The notes: generated by a model not told the origin, from the sequence alone. A stretch of 64,000 nt of DNA from an uncultured Bacteroidota bacterium (GCA_963700635.1 CAVOYH010000003.1:1408001-1472000), one strand, 5' to 3'; counted from the first letter of the stretch, positions 1 through 10,343 are shown. A program made the numbers and translations.

Positions 1-652
1 CCGGCAGGGAGACGAGGTGTTCCTTCTTGGTTTTGGAAAACATCCGGGAGAAGCCGCTGAGACCCAGCGCGGAGCGCAGAAGGGGACCAGCCGGTTGTTT
101 CTCCCAACCTTCCGGAGTGTAGGTGATGGTCTTGAAAATGTTGACGACGAACAGTGCCGTTCCAACCATCACCAGAGCGATGCCCAGGATGAACACCGTT
201 CCACCGATCACACTGAACTGCGTGAAGTCCGCAGGCAGGGGCCAGTACAAGGTGTACAGTGGAGCATAGTGTGAGAGAAACCCCGCCGCCCAGAAAACGA
301 ATGTTCCGACTGCAATCAGTCCGAAGGTCCAGTTCCCCATGGGGATGCTCCAAAGAGGTTTTTTCATGAGGTACGGGACCAGAAACAGGAAAGCTCCAAA
401 GACAATTGAGTAGGTTGAACCGAAAATGCCCACGAGGGGATGGGCGGTCAGGATGGCAAAGTATTGATCCGTGGTCACGGTGGGGACCGGGGTGACCGCA
501 TGGACACGCATGATCATCCCCTCGGTGACCGCAAAACCGTAGTACAACAATCCAACAACAACGAAGCGTAATGTCATTTTCTGCATGGGAGTCAGCGAGT
601 CGGCGCGGAAGGCACCTTGTTCGCCATTCAGCAGTGTCTGAAGAAAGCTCAT
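1..652 (-). CDS. Heme-copper oxidase superfamily subunit I (B-family/NOR-like), 5' part only; runs off the left edge
   Basis: Not in the ORF track because its stop is outside the window. Manual translation from ATG 652: MSFLQTLLNG...YYGFAVTEGMIMRVH...QYFAILTAHPLVGIFG...YAPLYTLYWPLPADF. It shows the helix-I Arg, the helix-II heme-ligand His and the YTxYxPL loop, and it follows a subunit II gene. Confidence 0.85.
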   Translation of the reverse strand, partial: MSFLQTLLNGEQGAFRADSLTPMQKMTLRFVVVGLLYYGFAVTEGMIMRVHAVTPVPTVTTDQYFAILTAHPLVGIFGSTYSIVFGAFLFLVPYLMKKPLWSIPMGNWTFGLIAVGTFVFWAAGFLSHYAPLYTLYWPLPADFTQFSVIGGTVFILGIALVMVGTALFVVNIFKTITYTPEGWEKQPAGPLLRSALGLSGFSRMFSKTKKEHLVSLP

Positions 653-684
653 TGGAGTAACCTCACAGTTGTACGGATGGACAG

Positions 685-1251
685 TTATTGAGCGTTGATG
701 TGATCGCCGACCACCTCGAAAACATCCTTCTTAATCATGTGGATACCCCTGGGTCCGGAGTATTCCGTCGAACGAATAGAATACACTCCGGGTTTGTCAA
801 ATTTCCAGAGGATGTCATTGGCATGACCCGGGACGACCTGCATCTGGAAGACCATCGAGTTGTCTTCTCTGAACAGGCCAAATCCATAGGTAAGGTCCCT
901 GGATGTGACGTCGAACTGGACGATCTCCTCACATCTGGCGATCAGTTTTTCGGCGGGCAATTGAAATTTGTGATCGGCCACAATGATGGAAAAGGTTCTG
1001 TCAGGCTTGATGTCCGCCCGATTGAGGTCCATCGGCGCCCAGGGTATCGTATTGTATGTGATGATGTGCAGAGACACGCCGAGGACGACCAGGAAGCCGA
1101 CAAAAGAATAGAAGAGCGAAGTTCTGATGGTACTGGATGTGCCCTTTTTCGTGACTTTGTACGCAAACCACGCCATGAGCGCCATCATCGCGATGACATA
1201 CAAGGTGTACGCGATGGTCTGCCCCGCGAGGACAACAGAGGAGTCAACCAT
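685..1251 (-). CDS. Heme-copper oxidase subunit II (cupredoxin fold) lacking CuA ligands
   Basis: Two N-terminal TM helices, then TSRDLTYGFG...QVVPG...FDKPGVYSIRSTEYSGPRGIHM, which aligns with COX2 DVxH..CxExCGxxHxxM but with H>Y, C>S, C>S, H>G. Confidence 0.85.
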   Translation of the reverse strand: MVDSSVVLAGQTIAYTLYVIAMMALMAWFAYKVTKKGTSSTIRTSLFYSFVGFLVVLGVSLHIITYNTIPWAPMDLNRADIKPDRTFSIIVADHKFQLPAEKLIARCEEIVQFDVTSRDLTYGFGLFREDNSMVFQMQVVPGHANDILWKFDKPGVYSIRSTEYSGPRGIHMIKKDVFEVVGDHINAQ

Positions 1252-1407
1252 AATCTGCTCCGTGAGAGTTGTGTGGAATAGGACAGTGTGAAACGTGAAT
1301 GGGTATTGAAGGCAATAACTCGGGGTCCAGGAGGATCCGGTCCAATATACTGCTTTCTTTTTTCATGAGGAAGTATGTGAGAGAAATTATTTCAGAATTG
1401 CCTCCCC

Positions 1408-2844
1408 TCACACAGTGAATCTCACATAAAGTCTGACAGCCGAGTTCGCACTATGAGTGTCCGGATAGTACTTGTAATCGCCATACCGTTCGTACAACAT
1501 GAAGTCGATTCCCAGGACTGCCGCATGGTGCAGGGCGTAATCCGCTCCGATCTTCAGGAGCCCGACAAATTCTTCGCCCTCTGCTCCGCTCAGGGTATGG
1601 ATCCAGAACCGTTTGTAGTCGAAGGAGATACCTCCGGAATTGTCTATCTGGAAATGCGTCCCGATCCGGGCACTCGCACCGGGGCCGATATTGTAGTCCT
1701 TTCCATCCTCCGATGCGTACTCGGAATTTGTTGCACCCATGAGGATTGCGGAGACACTCAAAGAATTTGTTATTGTGACACCGGGTGAGAGTTGGAACTG
1801 ATTGGTCAGGCGGGAAGTCAGGCTTGTTCCCGAAAGCTTGTAAATGGTATTAATAATCATGTCGATCTCTTTGTAGACTCCGACAACATTGGTCGGGGTA
1901 CCGAACAGCCTGACCTTCGTATCCCAGATCACACCACTTCCGTACACGGCAGTGATGTTGTCGTCTTCCGAGAGACTCAGTTCTGCATGGACGGTAAAAT
2001 AGTCGAAGGGATCTTTGTGCTTGTTCGCCGCAAACAGATCGCCGTACTCCAGGTCAAATCCCACGAAACCATATCCTTTGTTACGCACAAGCGTGCGATC
2101 CAGGAAGACATTATTGCCGCCAACGGATACCCAGACTGAAAAAGGAGGTCGGTCGGCGGGCATACCTTCCCGCCACATCGCGCCCTGAAAAAGACGGTTC
2201 AAGCCGTAGACAGGGTCAACGGCAAAGGCGGAGAATTCACGGAGCACACGTTCAAAACCGTATGCGCTCTCATCGATGATGAGATTGGATACACGAAAGG
2301 AAATCTCGCCGAGGATGGTTCCGGTGACAGGGGTATTTACGATGTCGTTATATGACGGCGGCTCATTTTCCATGGCAATCTCCCAGATTGCGCTGCCACC
2401 CAGCGAGTACAGCGAAGATTCCCAGAAGTTCAATCCGTTTGATCTGGCCGCATTAAAATAGGCAGCTCCGTTGTACGGATGCGCGAACTGGTTCATGAGA
2501 TACCCATCCCTATCCCACACGAATCCTGTCTTGATGTTGTCCTTGATTGTTTGAATGCTAATTTCGGACCAACCCGTTTTCGTCAGGTATCTGTTGAATG
2601 CCCATACGCCGATATCGATTCCAACGACCTCCCCCGCAGCCAGCCAGTATCGCTTTTCGGGCAATGCCTGGTTCTGCGCGGGGAGGATCTCTTCGGTTAT
2701 CCGGGATGTGTCGGCTCTCGCCATGGAGAAGTGTGGCGATTGTGTTTTGAATTGCCCGACTGCCGTGCCGACTGACAGAGCGAGCACAATCGGTGCGGCC
2801 AGGAAGAGAGACCGGCCGACGGTTGTCGATTTATGTTTTGACAT
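1408..2844 (-). CDS. DUF3943-domain outer membrane protein
   Basis: Signal peptide; WDRDGYLMNQFAHPYNGAAYFNAARSNG...WE...ENEPPSYNDIVNTP motif; C-terminal amphipathic beta strands. Confidence 0.75.
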   Translation of the reverse strand: MSKHKSTTVGRSLFLAAPIVLALSVGTAVGQFKTQSPHFSMARADTSRITEEILPAQNQALPEKRYWLAAGEVVGIDIGVWAFNRYLTKTGWSEISIQTIKDNIKTGFVWDRDGYLMNQFAHPYNGAAYFNAARSNGLNFWESSLYSLGGSAIWEIAMENEPPSYNDIVNTPVTGTILGEISFRVSNLIIDESAYGFERVLREFSAFAVDPVYGLNRLFQGAMWREGMPADRPPFSVWVSVGGNNVFLDRTLVRNKGYGFVGFDLEYGDLFAANKHKDPFDYFTVHAELSLSEDDNITAVYGSGVIWDTKVRLFGTPTNVVGVYKEIDMIINTIYKLSGTSLTSRLTNQFQLSPGVTITNSLSVSAILMGATNSEYASEDGKDYNIGPGASARIGTHFQIDNSGGISFDYKRFWIHTLSGAEGEEFVGLLKIGADYALHHAAVLGIDFMLYERYGDYKYYPDTHSANSAVRLYVRFTV

Positions 2845-2862
2845 ATGCTCCTCCGGGGAGTA

Positions 2863-3288
2863 TCATTCCTCTTGTTCTATCGGGACTGTCTTTTCTCTTG
2901 ATTGCCACGCCATCCACGTGACGAGTATCCATATGCCGGAACGTAAAAGCATGGCGTGCACACTGTGGATTGCCGCGAGGCCGCCTGCACTATGCAGTGC
3001 AGCAACAGTGATTAGGACAAGGACATGTGCTCCGCTTACCGCCCCGGCAACAAAGATCGCTGACCGACGGTTTGCCCAGACTCCTATTCCAGCCACCAGG
3101 CCAACGGCGCCCATGATGACGTTGTAGAGCACTAACGCCGGCAGCACAACGTAATCGGGGGTGCGTATGCCCAACAACACCCCGGAGCCTTCAGCTATTG
3201 TGAGCAGACTGAACGTAATAGCAATAGCTGCTGCAATCCGCCTCACCAGTGTTCGTTTCGTAGCGATGTGTCCCATGGTTGTGTTCAT
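2863..3288 (-). CDS. Hypothetical 4-TM membrane protein, last gene of the exporter operon
   Basis: Hydrophobic helices; ATG 3288 overlaps the permease stop (ATGA), so this start is preferred over 3369. Confidence 0.6.
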   Translation of the reverse strand: MNTTMGHIATKRTLVRRIAAAIAITFSLLTIAEGSGVLLGIRTPDYVVLPALVLYNVIMGAVGLVAGIGVWANRRSAIFVAGAVSGAHVLVLITVAALHSAGGLAAIHSVHAMLLRSGIWILVTWMAWQSREKTVPIEQEE

Positions 3289-4412
3289 CCGAGTTTGTTT
3301 TTGAATCGTAAAACGCTGAGCGTAAGGATACCTACGCCAAATACGATGAGTGCTGCTGCCTGTGGCCACAGTTCGTAAATGCCGACCCCTTTAAGAAACA
3401 AACCGCGGATGATGACGATGTAGTAGCGCAGCGGAATGCCCAATGTGAGATACTGTATTGTCTGTGGCATATTCTCAATCGGGAAGGTAAAGCCCGACAG
3501 GAATATGAACGGCATGAAGAAGAAGAATTGCGCTGTCATCATTGCCTGTTGCTGAGTCCGGGAGATGGTCGAAATGAACAGTCCCAGACCAAGAGTCGTA
3601 AGTAAAAAGAGGCCGCTGAGTCCGAAAAGCAGCGGAACACTTCCCCGCAACGGCACAGCAAACCACCATCGCGTGACCCCAAGAACCAGAACAATATCCA
3701 CCACGCCAATGATTGCAAACGGCAGCAGTTTACCGATAATCAATTGATACGGTTTGATGGGGGTGACGAGCAATTGCTCCAGCGTTCCAACCTCTTTTTC
3801 CTTCACGACGCCGAGCGATGTCAGGGTCATGGTAATAATCATCAGGACCATCGCCAGCACGCCCGGAACCATGAAGTTACGGCTTTTGAGTTCCGGGTTA
3901 TACCACACGCGGGTTTCCGGATTCACGCTTGCCGGTCGAACTCCCTGTGGCAACCGGTCAAACGCCTCTGCAATGATCGTCTGCGAGTATTTCGCAGTGA
4001 TTTGTGAAGCATAGCTCAGACTGATGCCGGCAGAGTTGGCGTCGCTGCCGTCGGCAATAATTTGCACCGACGTGGGGTGGCGGGCAAGGAGGTTGTTGGA
4101 GAAATCGGGCGGGATAATCAACGCCATCCATACCTTCCCATGTTCAATGAGCGGGTCAATGTCGGCGAGAGCGTCCACGCTATGCTCGATGACGAAGTAC
4201 CCTGAGTTCACAAACTGACTAACATACTCGCGGCTGGTAACGGACTTGTCCTGATCGTACACTACGATCGGAATATCTTTTACATCTGTTGTTGCTGCAT
4301 AGCCGAGAATAATCAGCTGGAGAACGGGTGCCATAAACGACAGCATCATCATCCGGCGGTCGCGACGGAATTGTATAAATTCCTTGATAACGATGTGGTA
4401 AAGCGTCTTCAT
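3285..4412 (-). CDS. ABC-2 type transporter permease (YbhR-like)
   Basis: KEFIQFRRD, DGSDAN, VWYNPEL, EKEVGTLEQLLVTP, LSGFTFPIENMP motifs. Confidence 0.92.
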   Translation of the reverse strand: MKTLYHIVIKEFIQFRRDRRMMMLSFMAPVLQLIILGYAATTDVKDIPIVVYDQDKSVTSREYVSQFVNSGYFVIEHSVDALADIDPLIEHGKVWMALIIPPDFSNNLLARHPTSVQIIADGSDANSAGISLSYASQITAKYSQTIIAEAFDRLPQGVRPASVNPETRVWYNPELKSRNFMVPGVLAMVLMIITMTLTSLGVVKEKEVGTLEQLLVTPIKPYQLIIGKLLPFAIIGVVDIVLVLGVTRWWFAVPLRGSVPLLFGLSGLFLLTTLGLGLFISTISRTQQQAMMTAQFFFFMPFIFLSGFTFPIENMPQTIQYLTLGIPLRYYIVIIRGLFLKGVGIYELWPQAAALIVFGVGILTLSVLRFKNKLG

Positions 4413-4413
4413 G

Positions 4414-5544
4414 TTAGTCTGCCTTTTTTAATAACCGCACCGAACTTATGCCGAGCGTAACTGCCGCAAATATGGACATATACGCGAGCTGGTCCCAGAA
4501 TGCCGCTGGCCCGACGCCCTTCAGGATAATGTCGCGAAGAACGATGAGGAAGAACTTCGGGGGTGAGAGATTGGAAATTACCTGCAACGCTACCGGCATA
4601 CTACGGATAGGAAAGATGAACCCGGACAGAATGAGAGACGGAAGCAGTGTGGTGAATACCGAAATAATGAACGCCACCTGTTGTGTCTGCGCCACCGTAG
4701 AAATGAGCAGCCCCTGGCCGAGTGCGGCCAGGAGAAAAATGAAGATGGCGACATACAGCCAGACTATGCTGCCCCGTATGGATATATCGAAAACGAGGTA
4801 GCCGATGAACAGCACGAGAACTGACGCGACCAATGCAATAATGAGATAAGAGATCGTCTTGCCCAGAATGATCTCCACTGTCTGCAGTCGTGACACCATC
4901 ATTTGATCCATGGTGCCCCGTTCCTTTTCCCGTACCACCGAAAGCGATGTGGAAACCACAGCGCTCAGCATGAGGATAAACCCGATCAAACCCGGGACGA
5001 GGAACTTTGCGCTGAGGAGTTCGGGATTGTACCACACCCTTGGCTGAAGGCTTACCGGAACGTACGGCTCTTTGCCATAACGCGCAAGTGTTGTGGTCGC
5101 CACATGTGCTGAGTATGTTTGCGTGACTGCATTGATGTAACCGATGGCGGTCGTGGCGGTGTTGGAATTCGAGCCATCAACAAGAATCTGCAGGGTTGCA
5201 TTTCTGCCGGCAAGGAGGTTTCCGGAAAACTCCGGAGGGATGACAACGGCCATCAGAATCTTTTCCTCGTCCAGCAGCCTGCCAATCTCATCGTAGTTGT
5301 CAACAGCGTATGAACAATCGAAGTACTCGGAATGTGAAAAGCTCCTCACAAACTCACGGCTGGTGGGAGTCCTGTCCTGGTCGAAGATGGCAACGGGAAT
5401 ATGTTTTACGTCAAAATTGAGCGCATACCCGATCAGCAACACCAGCAGTGCCGGGAAGACCAGGAGCACGCCGAGTGAGCGTTTGTCGCGCCGTATTTGC
5501 AGGAATTCCTTGATGACAATTGGTCGAATGCGTCTGATGTTCAT
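4414..5544 (-). CDS. ABC-2 type transporter permease (YbhS-like)
   Basis: KEFLQIRRD, DGSNSN, VWYNPEL, REKERGTMDQM, LSGFIFPIRSMP motifs. Confidence 0.92.
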   Translation of the reverse strand: MNIRRIRPIVIKEFLQIRRDKRSLGVLLVFPALLVLLIGYALNFDVKHIPVAIFDQDRTPTSREFVRSFSHSEYFDCSYAVDNYDEIGRLLDEEKILMAVVIPPEFSGNLLAGRNATLQILVDGSNSNTATTAIGYINAVTQTYSAHVATTTLARYGKEPYVPVSLQPRVWYNPELLSAKFLVPGLIGFILMLSAVVSTSLSVVREKERGTMDQMMVSRLQTVEIILGKTISYLIIALVASVLVLFIGYLVFDISIRGSIVWLYVAIFIFLLAALGQGLLISTVAQTQQVAFIISVFTTLLPSLILSGFIFPIRSMPVALQVISNLSPPKFFLIVLRDIILKGVGPAAFWDQLAYMSIFAAVTLGISSVRLLKKAD

Positions 5545-6485
5545 GCGGCCCTCTTTTTCATGTCTTCTTCGAGAAGATGCAAAAACACGTCTTCCAGTGA
5601 CGGCACGATGCGTTCCATCCGTCGTACTGTAATATCGTGTGCAGAGAGCGTCTTCGCGATCAGTTGTTGTCCTTCCTGTTCGTCACGCACACCGACGTGC
5701 AGGTAGGTGCCGAACAACGAGATTTCAACCACCCATGGTTGCGTCCGCAGGACTTCCAATCCGGTCACCACGTCGTCAATATCGACTTCGAGAATCGGAT
5801 AGGTAATGTATTTCGCCTTGAGTTCTTTCGGACTTCCCGTGGCGATCAGCTTTCCCGCATTGATCAGGATAATGTTATTGCAGTATTCCGCTTCATCGAG
5901 GTAGTGGGTCGTGACCAACACGGTGATGCCCGCTTCAGAAAGCTGGTTGATGAGTTCCCAGAATTTCCGTCGTGAAACGGGATCAACGCCGCTGGTAGGT
6001 TCGTCCAGAAAAACGATCTTCGGCTCGTGCAGCACAGCAGATCCGAGTGCAAGCCGCTGTTTCCATCCACCGGAGAGTGTCCGCGTGAGACTCTTTTCAC
6101 GTCCTTCGAGTCCTGCCATCGCAAGCACCCACTTCATGCGTTCCTGGACTTTCTCCTTGCTCAATCCGTACACACCACCAAAGAATCGGATGTTTTCCTC
6201 GACGGTCATGTCTTCATACAAGGAAAACCTTTGCGACATGTAGCCGATGTTCTTTTTGAGAAGGTCCGTCTGGGTCCGAACGTCGAATCCGCCGACCGTT
6301 GCAGAACCGGCTGTCGGTTCGAGCAATCCAATCAGCATCCGGATCGTCGTAGATTTGCCGGCACCGTTTGCGCCGAGAAACCCGAATATCTCTCCCCGTT
6401 TTACCGTGAAGTTCACCTTGTTCACAGCGGTAAAGCTGCCGAACATTTTGGTGAGGTCTTGAACGTCGATCGCGTAGTCTGGCAT
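5541..6485 (-). CDS. ABC transporter ATP-binding protein
   Basis: Walker A GANGAGKST, signature LSGGWKQR, Walker B FLDEPT, H-loop TTH; ATG 6485 has a GAGGAG RBS. Confidence 0.93.
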   Translation of the reverse strand: MPDYAIDVQDLTKMFGSFTAVNKVNFTVKRGEIFGFLGANGAGKSTTIRMLIGLLEPTAGSATVGGFDVRTQTDLLKKNIGYMSQRFSLYEDMTVEENIRFFGGVYGLSKEKVQERMKWVLAMAGLEGREKSLTRTLSGGWKQRLALGSAVLHEPKIVFLDEPTSGVDPVSRRKFWELINQLSEAGITVLVTTHYLDEAEYCNNIILINAGKLIATGSPKELKAKYITYPILEVDIDDVVTGLEVLRTQPWVVEISLFGTYLHVGVRDEQEGQQLIAKTLSAHDITVRRMERIVPSLEDVFLHLLEEDMKKRAA

Positions 6486-6499
6486 CTCTCTTGTACTCC

Positions 6500-7825
6500 T
6501 CAAAGATTATCGGTTGACCATCGTCCGAGCGCTTTTTCAAGTCGCGCATGTGCGAGCTCCTGATCCACGAGTCCCACTGTGTAATGCAACCGGGATTGGA
6601 GCAAGGCACCCTCTGCGTCAAGCAGGTCGGTATTGGTGGCTGTGCCGCTCAGAAACTTGTCCTTCGTCATGCGATAGTGTTCTTCAGCCTGGCTGACTCC
6701 CTGGGTAGCGACAGCGACTTTCTTTTCCGATTGAGCAACCGTCAGGTAGCTCTGATTCACTTCCAGCGAAACATTGTCCTTTATCTGCCGGAGTGCATAC
6801 TGTGTTTGTGCGCGGACGGCCTCAGCCTGGTCGCTGTGGTGTTTTGTCATGCCCCAGTTCCAGATGTCCCACGACAAACTCACACCGACATCCCACGTAT
6901 CTTTGAATTCGTCTCTGGTCGGCAAGACGCGCTGGTTCGGCCGCGAGTAGGTGAAATTGCCGAACAGACCAAGTTGCGGCCACCAGCCACCGTTGGCAGC
7001 GGAGACGGACGCGTTCGCCGCGTTGATTCGCATTTCCGCCGCCCTGACGTCTGCGCGGTCCGCCGTCGCACGTTGTGCGAGAGTATCCGCAAGCAGCGAC
7101 CGTCCGGCCCGGGCTTTTGCCACCGACAGAATTCGGACATCAGTGTCGAGCGGAAGCCCGATCAAGCTGTTCAATGCCATCATGGCGTTTGTCACATTGT
7201 GTGCTGCCTCGATCTGCGCAAGCTGGGCGTTGGAGAGCTGTACTTCCACTTTCAGGACGTCATTCTTTGTCACCAATCCTTGCGCCATCATGTTCGTCAC
7301 GTCAGTGACGTGCGTTTTTATCTGCAGTATATTCTCCTCGACGACGTGCTTCACTTCCAGGGCTTTGTAGAGGCCCCAGTACATCGCCTTTATGGTATAG
7401 ACCATGTCCACGCGGTCTTTTTCAGCGTCAAGGTGTGATGCCTGGGCTGCGTAGTCTGCAGCTGCGGCCGACTGTTCAAGTCTGAACCCCGTGAAGAGCG
7501 GCTGCAGCAGAGTCACCTTCGACATGTACTGATCCAACACTGTGGGTGATATCACGACCGGCACGGGTGATGACGGCAGGGTGACTGCAAACGGATCTAC
7601 GTCGCTGAGGCGCGTATAGCCTGCTTGTAGCTTTAGAGAAGGAAGCCGCGCCGCATTCGCTTCGCTTGATTTAGCCTCTGCTGCTTTCGACTTTGCTTCT
7701 GAGATGTGCAGCAGGTTGCTGTTCTGCAATCCAAGGTGAAGCGCTTCGTCGATGGTCAGAGTGCGTGTCTCCTGTGCGATGGCAAGTGCAGGAAGTAACG
7801 ATATGAGAAGAAGCTTTTTTATCAT
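6500..7825 (-). CDS. TolC family outer membrane efflux protein
   Basis: Signal MIKKLLLISLLPALAIAQ (ATG 7825, GGAG RBS); two OEP repeats (RLPSLKL...QPLFTG; WWPQLGL...WDIWNWG). Confidence 0.9.
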   Translation of the reverse strand: MIKKLLLISLLPALAIAQETRTLTIDEALHLGLQNSNLLHISEAKSKAAEAKSSEANAARLPSLKLQAGYTRLSDVDPFAVTLPSSPVPVVISPTVLDQYMSKVTLLQPLFTGFRLEQSAAAADYAAQASHLDAEKDRVDMVYTIKAMYWGLYKALEVKHVVEENILQIKTHVTDVTNMMAQGLVTKNDVLKVEVQLSNAQLAQIEAAHNVTNAMMALNSLIGLPLDTDVRILSVAKARAGRSLLADTLAQRATADRADVRAAEMRINAANASVSAANGGWWPQLGLFGNFTYSRPNQRVLPTRDEFKDTWDVGVSLSWDIWNWGMTKHHSDQAEAVRAQTQYALRQIKDNVSLEVNQSYLTVAQSEKKVAVATQGVSQAEEHYRMTKDKFLSGTATNTDLLDAEGALLQSRLHYTVGLVDQELAHARLEKALGRWSTDNL

Positions 7826-7841
7826 GACAAACTCCGGGTTA

Positions 7842-8762
7842 TCAGTTCCGATCATGGGACATCATTGAGATGAAAATATTCTCCAGGGATGGATTGATCG
7901 TACGCCACTCCGAGATATGGATATTCGCCTCTGAGAGCGTGCGCTCAACCATGGGAAAGTCACGCTTGCTATCGTCAACGACAACGTTCAGCCGGTCGCC
8001 AAATGCCTGAACATCTTTGACCGCGGGATGATGGAGCAGCACACCAGCCGCACGACGGATATGGTCGCAGACCACCTCGATCACTTCTCCTTCCATCAAT
8101 CCCTTCAAGTGTTGGGGCGTGTCGACAACCATGATCTTTCCCTGATTCATGAGGGCAACGCGGCCACAACGCTCTGCTTCGTCCAAATACGGTGTGCTCA
8201 TGACAATGGTAATGTTCTCTTTGAGAAGGCTGGAAAGAATCTTCCAGAAATCACGCCTTGAAACCGGGTCAACGCCAGTTGTCGGTTCATCCAGGAAAAT
8301 GATCTTGGGTCGATGAATGAGTGTGCACGCGAGTGCAAGCTTCTGCTTCATGCCGCCTGAGAGCTGGTCTGCCAGCCGGGCGCGGAACGGGGTTAACCGG
8401 GTGAAGTCAAGCAACTCGTCTCGTCGCTGTGTGTAGTCAAACACTTCATTTATTCCTGCAAAAAATCCGATGTTCTCATCAACCGTCAGATCGCCATACA
8501 AACTGAATCGCTGCGACAGGTAGCCGATGTCCTTCTTGATCTCGTCCGAATCTTTTACAAGGTCATGTCCGAGGATCGTGGCCGTGCCCGATGACGGCGT
8601 CAGGATCCCGGTCAGCATCCGGAATGTTGTGGTCTTGCCTGCACCATCCGGACCCACGATGCCGAACATCTCACCCTGGTCAATGGTGAGGTCCAGACCG
8701 TTCACCGCAGTGATGGTATCAAATCTTTTTGTCAGAGTATGAATCTCGATTGCCGGGTTCAT
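7842..8762 (-). CDS. ABC transporter ATP-binding protein
   Basis: GPDGAGKTT, LSGGMKQKL, FLDEPTTGVDP; STPY variant H-loop as in the first NBD of YbhF. Confidence 0.93.
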   Translation of the reverse strand: MNPAIEIHTLTKRFDTITAVNGLDLTIDQGEMFGIVGPDGAGKTTTFRMLTGILTPSSGTATILGHDLVKDSDEIKKDIGYLSQRFSLYGDLTVDENIGFFAGINEVFDYTQRRDELLDFTRLTPFRARLADQLSGGMKQKLALACTLIHRPKIIFLDEPTTGVDPVSRRDFWKILSSLLKENITIVMSTPYLDEAERCGRVALMNQGKIMVVDTPQHLKGLMEGEVIEVVCDHIRRAAGVLLHHPAVKDVQAFGDRLNVVVDDSKRDFPMVERTLSEANIHISEWRTINPSLENIFISMMSHDRN

Positions 8763-8777
8763 GATCAGGTCTGCCGT

Positions 8778-9701
8778 TTAGTGTTTTCGGGTGATCGGAA
8801 TTCTGGCATCCGCCGGCATGCCGGGTTTCAGCATTTGATCCGGATTCGGAACCTCGATTTTGACACCGAACACGAGCTTGGTGCGGTCATCCTTGGTCTG
8901 CACGTTCTTCGGTGTGAATTCTGCTTTATCCGAGATGAAGATGATCCTTCCGGTGAACGGCTTCTCGGGATAGGCATCAATAAACACGTCTGCCTCCTGG
9001 CCCAATGTCACGTCGGCGAGCTCCACTACGGACACGTAGATCATCAGACGTACACGGTCGAGCCGGGAAATGCGGAACAGGGAACCGTTTGGCAGGACCA
9101 CATCACCCTGTTCAATGGCCTTCTGGGTTATCACTCCTGTCATCGGCGCCACCACAAACGCATCGGCAACTGTTTTCTGGGCTGCCTCAACCTGGGCAAG
9201 CGATACATCACGCCTTGCCCTTGCCGCAGCGATGTCTTCGGTCCGTGAACCGCGTTTCATCTTCTCGTAGCCCTGCTGCGCTACAATAAATCTTGTGCGT
9301 GTATCGTCGAGGTTTTTCTGGGTGACGGTTTGTGCCTTGAAAAGTTCCTCCGCCCGCTGGAGATCGGTCTGTGCATTTCTGAACGTTGCTTCTGCTTGCA
9401 GGATATCCTCTGACCGGAAACCGCGAAGGATGAGCTTATACTGGGCCTCCGTGGCGGCTGCGTTGGCGTGAGCGAGCTTAAGCTGGATGAGAATGTCGGT
9501 GCGGTCGACAAGCGCGAGGGTGTCTCCCTTTGCCACGTGCGAGCCTTCGTCCACAAAGAGCGTGACGATCTCTCCCCCTACTCTGGCGCTGACGGTCACT
9601 TCGGTAGTTTCAATGGTGCCGGAGGCGGTGATTTCTGTCCCATCATTGCTTGCACATCCGACAATGAACAGTGCAAGAGCAAACGTGATAAGGGGTTTCA
9701 T
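8778..9701 (-). CDS. HlyD/efflux periplasmic adaptor (YbhG-like), lipoprotein
   Basis: Lipobox IVGC; SGTIE, biotinyl-like halves, AEFTPKNVQT, LKPGMPAD. Confidence 0.92.
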   Translation of the reverse strand: MKPLITFALALFIVGCASNDGTEITASGTIETTEVTVSARVGGEIVTLFVDEGSHVAKGDTLALVDRTDILIQLKLAHANAAATEAQYKLILRGFRSEDILQAEATFRNAQTDLQRAEELFKAQTVTQKNLDDTRTRFIVAQQGYEKMKRGSRTEDIAAARARRDVSLAQVEAAQKTVADAFVVAPMTGVITQKAIEQGDVVLPNGSLFRISRLDRVRLMIYVSVVELADVTLGQEADVFIDAYPEKPFTGRIIFISDKAEFTPKNVQTKDDRTKLVFGVKIEVPNPDQMLKPGMPADARIPITRKH

Positions 9702-9728
9702 TGTGTGTCCTCTCTCAATAGTCTGGTG

Positions 9729-10343
9729 TTAAGACATCCGGTCTGTTGAATGCTTCGTAAGAATGCCATGAAGAAACAGGTCGGTTACGGCCTGGAGTGT
9801 CTGACCTGCATGGATAGATCCCGGGGTAACCCCGTCAGCTTCGCCTGCCCACTGCAAGGCTCCTATGAAGGCCGGTACGACAACGTGGAGGGGTGCGTCG
9901 GATCGTACGGCTCCCTTCGTGATGCCGGCTTCGAGCATCCGCGCGAAATCTGCAAATACCGTCTGGCGTCGGATTTCTCCAGTCTGCACCCAGAGATCCG
10001 GTCGCAGTCTTCGTAGATCTCTCTGAAACTCCCCGCTGATCGGGACGATGGTGTGTCCTATCAGGGAGAAGATGTTTTTCAACTTGTCGGCATCGCCAAG
10101 GGCGGAGTGTGTGATTGTCCAGTAACGCCTCATGGCTCGAATAATCTGCCGCTCCCAAACCGCTGCAACCAGTCGATCCTTGCTCCCAACATGCTTGTAG
10201 AGTGTCTTCTTACTCATGCGAAGGTCGGAGGCGATTTCTGTTACGGTCACCCGTGTAATGCCATGAGCGAAGAATTTCTCCTGTGCAACATCCAGGATGT
10301 GGCTCGGGACTTCCGAGTACATATGCATGGAATGCATCCTCAC
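9729..10343 (-). CDS. TetR/AcrR family transcriptional regulator
   Basis: HTH: GITRVTVTEIASDLRMSKKTLYKHVGSKDRLV. Confidence 0.88.
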   Translation of the reverse strand: MRMHSMHMYSEVPSHILDVAQEKFFAHGITRVTVTEIASDLRMSKKTLYKHVGSKDRLVAAVWERQIIRAMRRYWTITHSALGDADKLKNIFSLIGHTIVPISGEFQRDLRRLRPDLWVQTGEIRRQTVFADFARMLEAGITKGAVRSDAPLHVVVPAFIGALQWAGEADGVTPGSIHAGQTLQAVTDLFLHGILTKHSTDRMS

